Below are positions 33,400-38,306 of a DNA stretch of 38,306 bases, piece after piece (the first letter of the stretch is position 1; each line of letters begins with the position of its first letter). The position numbers and the translations under genes are program-made. Origin of the DNA: Candidatus Nanohalarchaeota archaeon QJJ-5 (lineage in GTDB: Archaea; Nanohalarchaeota; Nanosalinia; Nanosalinales; Nanoanaerosalinaceae); the NCBI GenBank assembly GCA_022865265.1, contig JALIDO010000002.1, positions 1 to 38,306 of the forward strand. The letters run 5' to 3'. The notes under the pieces are model-generated. The model searched no databases, was not told the DNA's origin, and worked only from the letters and a program-made list of their open reading frames with translations.

Positions 33400-35697
33400 A
33401 TGTCGGCATCCGAGGACGAACCGGAAGACGAAAACAAGGACGTGGAACAAACGACAGAGGAACTCGAGGGAGAGGAACAAGCGTCCGAAGAACCAAAGCA
33501 GGAAGCACCTGAAGAGCCTGTAGAAGATGAATCAAAACAGGCAGATGAACCGGAGGCGTCTGACGACGATGCTGAACAGGATGCAGAGGAGCAAGAAGAT
33601 GAAGATGCCGATGAGGACAAAAGCATCGGTGAGATCGCCAGGGAAGACCAGGATATCGACTGGGATCCACAACAGGCTGAAGAAGAGGAACAAGAACAGA
33701 TCACGGTCCAGGATCTGATGCGTGATCTGGAGAAGTTAGAGGGTCGGCTTGAATCGACTGAAGAGCGTGGTGAATCGTTCAATACACGTGTTTCTGATCT
33801 GTCTGAGCGTATCGGTGAGGTCCGATCGATGGTCCTCCAGCGTGAACGTGAGATCGATGAGATGAAGGCATCGGTCGATCGTGTGGAAGATATCTTCGAG
33901 GAGATCGAACCGGACCGGTTCAAAAAGCGTCTTTCGAAGCTGGATTCGCGTATCGATGAGCAGAAGGCCGAGATCGAACAGAATACGGACATGCTGGATA
34001 AGATGAAGCATGATGTTCGTGAGATACAGGATACGATCGAGAATGTTGAATCATTCGAGAATATCGCTGATCTGTATGAAGATGTTCAGGACAAGATCTC
34101 TGAGGTCGATGAGAAAAAGCGCTATGTCGATAAGATGGCATCGAAGACAGAATCGATCTTCGGGGAGCTGAAAAAGCGTCTGCCGGAGCTCGATACTGCT
34201 GTCGACCGCACTGAACAGCATGAGGAAATGTTGAAGGAGCAGATGAAAGATCTCGACAGTCTTTCGCTGACTGTCGAGTCGATGCTCACAGAGGAAGAGA
34301 TCGATGATAAGCTCGAATCGTTCGCTGAGTCAGAGGATTTCGGTGAGCGATTGCAGGAACTGCCGGCTTTTTCTGAATTGCAGGAAGAGATCGAGGAGAC
34401 ACGTGAATCGATCTCGCATGTCGAAAAGAACATGACAAAGATCACAGATGATATCAAAGAAGAAAAACGGGAGCTAGAAAAGAAGCTCGAGGATGAGCTG
34501 ACCTCGAAGATCCATGAGTTGGAAGATCGGTTCGGGAATATGCAGTCCGATATCAAGCATCAGCTCTCAGATAAGGCCGATGCCGATGATGTGATCGATC
34601 TGGAGCGCGATGTTGAAGGGATGGATTATGAAATAGGAGAGCTTCAGGATGAGCTTGATCGAGTTGAAGAGGCGACAGCTGTTCTTGATGAGCTTCGTAC
34701 GGATATAAGCGAGATTGGATCCCGTGTAGATGAACTGGAAGAGCGCCAGAAGGATATGAATGATATCGAGGCCATTATCCAGAGTTACACATCGATGGAT
34801 GATGTCTCAGCGATCAAAGACGATGTCGAAGAGATCCGTGACCGTGTTGAGGAGGCAGAAGGTGTTCTCGAGGAGGTGAACCAGCTCGGATCACGGCTCG
34901 ATTCGCTTTCGACGACGATTAATCAGATGCAACAGCGTGATGATGATCTGGATGATACGGTCTCGATGCTCGATGATGCTTTGGACAATCTTGAGGACCG
35001 TGTATCAGATCTTTCCTCCCGGGCACGGAAGATCGATGATCTCCAGCCACGTGTGAAAAAGCTCTATGGATCGATGGGCGATCTTAAAGAACGGCAGGAA
35101 TCGATCCTTGATGCTGTCGATCTCAATGGCGATATGAACCAGCTCGAGGATCAGGTCGATGATGTCACACAGGAAGTGAACCAGCTCAGGTCCCGGTTGC
35201 AAGATCTTTCATCCAGTATGGATACTGTACAGGACGAGACATTGGCAGAGATGCAGGATGATCTGGCGACGGTGGATGAGCTTTCGCAGAAGCTGGATTC
35301 AGTCCGTGATGATCTCCATCAGCTATCGATGCATGTCGATGAGGTCCAGCAGGAGACGGCTGACCACGATGAACTGGAACAATTGATTGCCCAGCAGGTC
35401 GATGCGATGCGTAAAGAGGTCAAAAAAGAGGTGAAACAGGAGCTACGGGCTGAGATCGAGAGTTCGATCGTTGATGTACGGGAGCCACCATCACCACAAG
35501 AGCAGCAAAACGGTGCCCGTGATCGTGTCGAGACGAAGCTCCAGCAGGCGAACAAGGCCCTTGAACAAGGTGATTCTCAGCGGGCCAGGGAGCTCTATAA
35601 GGAACTGCTTCCATTGTACCGTGATATGGATGATTCGAAGACAGATCTGGCGTCCGATGTGAATGATCTGTACAGCCGGTTGACACAGGAGGGATAG
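33400..35697 (+). CDS. Hyperacidic 765-aa coiled-coil protein
   Basis: AGGTGAT SD upstream. The first about 100 aa are Asp/Glu low complexity. These are followed by about 600 aa of heptad-like repeats (…DELDRVEE…, …VDELEERQ…, …LEDRVSDL…). The C-terminus carries a TPR/MIT-like hairpin. Confidence 0.75.
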   Translation: MSASEDEPEDENKDVEQTTEELEGEEQASEEPKQEAPEEPVEDESKQADEPEASDDDAEQDAEEQEDEDADEDKSIGEIAREDQDIDWDPQQAEEEEQEQITVQDLMRDLEKLEGRLESTEERGESFNTRVSDLSERIGEVRSMVLQREREIDEMKASVDRVEDIFEEIEPDRFKKRLSKLDSRIDEQKAEIEQNTDMLDKMKHDVREIQDTIENVESFENIADLYEDVQDKISEVDEKKRYVDKMASKTESIFGELKKRLPELDTAVDRTEQHEEMLKEQMKDLDSLSLTVESMLTEEEIDDKLESFAESEDFGERLQELPAFSELQEEIEETRESISHVEKNMTKITDDIKEEKRELEKKLEDELTSKIHELEDRFGNMQSDIKHQLSDKADADDVIDLERDVEGMDYEIGELQDELDRVEEATAVLDELRTDISEIGSRVDELEERQKDMNDIEAIIQSYTSMDDVSAIKDDVEEIRDRVEEAEGVLEEVNQLGSRLDSLSTTINQMQQRDDDLDDTVSMLDDALDNLEDRVSDLSSRARKIDDLQPRVKKLYGSMGDLKERQESILDAVDLNGDMNQLEDQVDDVTQEVNQLRSRLQDLSSSMDTVQDETLAEMQDDLATVDELSQKLDSVRDDLHQLSMHVDEVQQETADHDELEQLIAQQVDAMRKEVKKEVKQELRAEIESSIVDVREPPSPQEQQNGARDRVETKLQQANKALEQGDSQRARELYKELLPLYRDMDDSKTDLASDVNDLYSRLTQEG

Positions 35698-35700
35698 GTA

Positions 35701-36027
35701 GTGCCGGCCCCGAATGTCGAGTGCACACGTTGTGGCCACCGATGGTATGCTGAGGAATTTGCGGAGCGGGATATCGTTCCACACTACTGTCCTCGTTGTT
35801 ATCGTGAAGATATCCAAGAGATTCCAGAACCACCAACTGCTATCGAAAAACAGGTCAGGAAGGCACGTGATCAGGTCAGTGTGTGGCGGAAACGGTATGC
35901 GGAATACAGTAAACAGTTCACCTTATGGCGTGAGAATCATCGTGAATTGATCGAATTTGTCGGGTTCTTTTCAGGGATGTTCATCATCTTGGCGATTATC
36001 TATGTCTTTATCTTCGTCTGGGGCTGA
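35701..36027 (+). CDS. Tail-anchored zinc-ribbon protein
   Basis: GTG start 3 nt after the upstream stop. C-x2-C-x17-C-x2-C (CTRCGHRW...YCPRCY), a charged helix and a C-terminal TM (FVGFFSGMFIILAIIYVFIFVW). Confidence 0.6.
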   Translation: MPAPNVECTRCGHRWYAEEFAERDIVPHYCPRCYREDIQEIPEPPTAIEKQVRKARDQVSVWRKRYAEYSKQFTLWRENHRELIEFVGFFSGMFIILAIIYVFIFVWG

Positions 36028-38306
36028 TCAGACATCGAACTGTTCGCCGTGTTTACGGAGTTCCCTGTTGAATGCACGGGCTTTCTTGGTCACTTTGTCC
36101 GTGTTCTCGATCGATGAATCTGTCTTCATCCGGTTGTAGAGTCGCTGCAGGTTCGATAAGGTGTTCAAAACTTTTTCTGTGTTCCCTTTCTTCAGCTGTG
36201 CTTCTGAAAGATCGAGCAACAGATAGACCCGCATTGCCATGCCCAGTTCACCGAAGAACTGGTTCCAGAAGCTCATCGATGGTGGCTGTCCATGGAGTTT
36301 GGTGTAGAGATCTTTTGCCTTGTTGTAGTGTTCGATGACCTTATCGAAGTTGTCCTGATCGAATTCCTCCTGCATCTGATCGAGCTGGTCCTGGAGTTGT
36401 TTCTTCCGTATACGTTCACGAACCGGTGTGATGATATCCCCGCGATATCGATAAATACCACCGGCTGCCAGCAGTACTGTGAGAAGTCCAAGGATCGGCA
36501 CGAGTGGGACAGGAGTCCCCCTATCCACCGGCTGTTCGGGTTGTCGATAGACGCGATATGTTTCGATAGCTTGCTGTTCTTCTTCACCTTCGCACAGCAC
36601 AGTGACCGTGTTCCATCCAACATCGAAGGAGCTATTGTAGGTATATGGTGGCTGGAAATTCCTTTCGATCGTCTGGTCGTTGATATCGAGTGAACACTGG
36701 TTTGCATTGCTTGTCTCGATGGACAGTGGTTGATAGCTGGATGAGATATTCCGGATGAGGTCCGGCATCATGATCGTTGGTGGTGGCGGGGTCTCCGGGG
36801 CAGGGAGTGAGTGGTTTTTCATCACCACGATCGGTGGATCGAACTCGAACGATCCATTTGCCTGTGTTCGGTAGGTGATATTGATACCTGTTCCCTCGGT
36901 GATGTTCTTTGTCGTGTATGCGATCTGTGTCGGGTTTGTCGAGAGGACGAGTTGTTCCATCTCTTCGGTCTCGCGACTGAAATCATCATAGCTGCTGTAT
37001 TGTTGTGGAATGGTATCGAAGATCATGATCTCTTCGAGGAAGTCTGTACAGCTGTATCTGAGTGTCAATGTGGTATTCTTGTAGCCCTCGTCAAGCCCAC
37101 GGTACCGTCGTACACCTGATAGACACTGGTCACGTGATGCCGTGTATGTCCGACTGACCATCGGATCTCGGGTGTCAAGGATCGCTCCCAGCGAATCACG
37201 GAGCTGTGGATGCTGGTCGAGTTGGTCAGCAAGAGCGGAACCGGCCTGATGGCTGAAATCATAGGTCTCATTCAGGATGGTTGGGTCTGGTTCCGGTGGT
37301 GTGATCGGGCCTGATCCACCGCCGCCTGATCCTGACCCACCATTTCCACCGCCGCCTGTGTCTTCTTCTTCGACACTGATGGTGGTGCTTGTCACATCGC
37401 CCCAGCCGCCGTCTGATTCTGCATTACAGGTGATTGTGTATTCGCCAGCACTATCTGCTGATACGCTGCTGGTCAGATTGGCACTTGTCAGTGGTGCAAT
37501 TGTGTCTATCTCTTTTGAACTGTTACCCTCGATGGTAAGACTGTCTGTCTCAAGGGTGATGTTCACGTTGACAAGATCGGCACCATCTGCAACGACATTC
37601 TCGACATCACAGACCAGGTCGGTCGAATCGCCAGGGTTGAGGCTACTCGAGGTTACATCGAGGGTGATATCCCCGTTGAGATTCGAGAAGAAGTAGCTGA
37701 ATCCCTGCCATGCGGCTGTGATCATCGATGCCTGCTGATCTGGGTCATCACACTGATAGCTTTGGTTCCAGATATCACAGGTCCGATTGGTGCCCGTGTC
37801 CAAAAGATCATACCCGGTATCGTGATAGGTCTCATTGTCTGTCTCACTGAACGCGGTCATACTGGTCTCGAAGGTCTGTGCGTAGGGGTATGGATCACAG
37901 TCATCGGAGATACAGGTATGTACTGTGTCGTTTGTCGTCGTGTTCACTGCTGTCTCGGCATCTGTGTTGGCTGTTGTCCCGGCTACATCCCAGAGGGCGG
38001 TTGTCAGTTCTGGATCCGAGGGGCTTGATGTGGCTGCGGAGACGAGCGACGATGCCTGATCGCGGTATGTTGTGTTACCGGTCGCAAGGTAGGCAGCACG
38101 CATGCCATCGATCATCGCTCCCTGTCCACGCTCACTGCCACAGCTATGATCGCCACTCCAGGGATCACAGTCATTTGGTGTGCCGTGGGTGTAATTATAG
38201 GCAAGTTCGCGGACGGTCTGGTTCCCGGTCAATGTGTATGTTTCCCACAATGCCTCGATGATCTTACCCTGACGGACCGAGCCATTCGGTGTCCGTGTTG
38301 CCTGGC
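36028..38306 (-). CDS. Large surface protein, 5'-truncated by the window edge: helical-repeat ectodomain + Ig/CARDB-like domain + Gly-rich linker + TM + cytoplasmic helical tail
   Basis: The reading frame stays open upstream of the TTG at 38250 to the end of the window. It has repeated TGN..Y(R/H)D.A helical motifs and a beta-rich segment (ITLDVTSSSLNPGDSTDLVCDVENV...). The linker is GGGGNGGSGSGGGGSGPITPPEPDP and the TM is ILGLLTVLLAAGGIY. The tail is about 138 aa. Confidence 0.75.
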   Translation of the reverse strand, partial: QATRTPNGSVRQGKIIEALWETYTLTGNQTVRELAYNYTHGTPNDCDPWSGDHSCGSERGQGAMIDGMRAAYLATGNTTYRDQASSLVSAATSSPSDPELTTALWDVAGTTANTDAETAVNTTTNDTVHTCISDDCDPYPYAQTFETSMTAFSETDNETYHDTGYDLLDTGTNRTCDIWNQSYQCDDPDQQASMITAAWQGFSYFFSNLNGDITLDVTSSSLNPGDSTDLVCDVENVVADGADLVNVNITLETDSLTIEGNSSKEIDTIAPLTSANLTSSVSADSAGEYTITCNAESDGGWGDVTSTTISVEEEDTGGGGNGGSGSGGGGSGPITPPEPDPTILNETYDFSHQAGSALADQLDQHPQLRDSLGAILDTRDPMVSRTYTASRDQCLSGVRRYRGLDEGYKNTTLTLRYSCTDFLEEIMIFDTIPQQYSSYDDFSRETEEMEQLVLSTNPTQIAYTTKNITEGTGINITYRTQANGSFEFDPPIVVMKNHSLPAPETPPPPTIMMPDLIRNISSSYQPLSIETSNANQCSLDINDQTIERNFQPPYTYNSSFDVGWNTVTVLCEGEEEQQAIETYRVYRQPEQPVDRGTPVPLVPILGLLTVLLAAGGIYRYRGDIITPVRERIRKKQLQDQLDQMQEEFDQDNFDKVIEHYNKAKDLYTKLHGQPPSMSFWNQFFGELGMAMRVYLLLDLSEAQLKKGNTEKVLNTLSNLQRLYNRMKTDSSIENTDKVTKKARAFNRELRKHGEQFDV
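37315..37358. repeat. 14-nt direct repeat (TCCACCGCCGCCTG) with 30-nt period inside the Gly-rich linker coding region
   Basis: Copies at 37315-37328 and 37345-37358, read directly. The in-frame spacing is 10 codons. Confidence 0.6.

Noticed and set aside
33387-33992. 201-aa Ser-rich ORF on the minus strand.
   Set aside because: It is antisense to the GA-rich Asp/Glu-coding N-terminus of the coiled-coil gene. Its Ser-rich low complexity is what the complementary reading of GAN/GAR codons produces. It has no promoter or SD context.
1-38306. Scan for CRISPR arrays, rRNA genes, IS elements or transposases, toxin-antitoxin pairs, and C/D-box sRNAs in the larger spacers (23946-24076, 30482-30599).
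   Set aside because: I saw no regularly spaced repeats, no rRNA-like sequence and no transposase or integrase-like ORF. The single PIN protein is Fcf1-like with no adjacent antitoxin. The spacers lack paired C (RUGAUGA) and D (CUGA) boxes.

Overview
The window is about 93% coding and is archaeal. It has archaeal and eukaryal-type ribosomal proteins, aIF2-gamma, aIF5B, Rpo7/Spt4 and Kae1/Bud32, with TATA-like boxes about 25 nt upstream of many start codons and GAGGTGA-type SD boxes inside operons. The predicted proteins are strongly acidic and genes are tightly packed or overlapping. This suggests a small-genome halophile, possibly Nanohaloarchaeota/DPANN, but that is inference only.

Layout from left to right:
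- cysS (32-1453).
- A copper and extracytoplasmic-redox island (2541-9396): CopB-type P1B ATPase, Met/His-rich protein, DsbA-like protein, DUF305, CPxC membrane protein, DUF411/CopG, PadR-TRASH regulator and secreted MsrA.
- tRNA-Gln(UUG).
- A long minus-strand information-processing superoperon (10081-15936): Rpo7, Spt4, S24e, S27ae, Kae1, YrdC, Bud32, S15, RecJ-like protein and S3Ae.
- Pyrophosphatase and an Fcf1-like PIN protein.
- An unusual accessory cluster (17008-22293): an AstE/AspA-type zinc hydrolase and a P-loop protein converge on a translationally coupled operon. That operon encodes an MscS channel fused to a papain-fold (C39-like) peptidase plus two RimK-type ATP-grasp proteins.
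- aIF2-gamma and S6e, then a second MscS paralog and TrkH/TrkA.
- A membrane-anchored Lon-like protease coupled to aIF5B, then L24e, S28e and L7Ae.
- A second unusual cluster (30600-38306): a Q/P-rich protein, a membrane-spanning HerA/FtsK-type ATPase with an extracellular Ig-like region, a 765-aa hyperacidic coiled-coil protein, a tail-anchored zinc-ribbon protein and a large surface protein truncated by the window edge.

I saw no rRNA, CRISPR array, transposase or integrase. The best candidates for an undescribed system are the MscS-peptidase/ATP-grasp/AstE cluster and the HerA-like ATPase/coiled-coil/surface-protein cluster.
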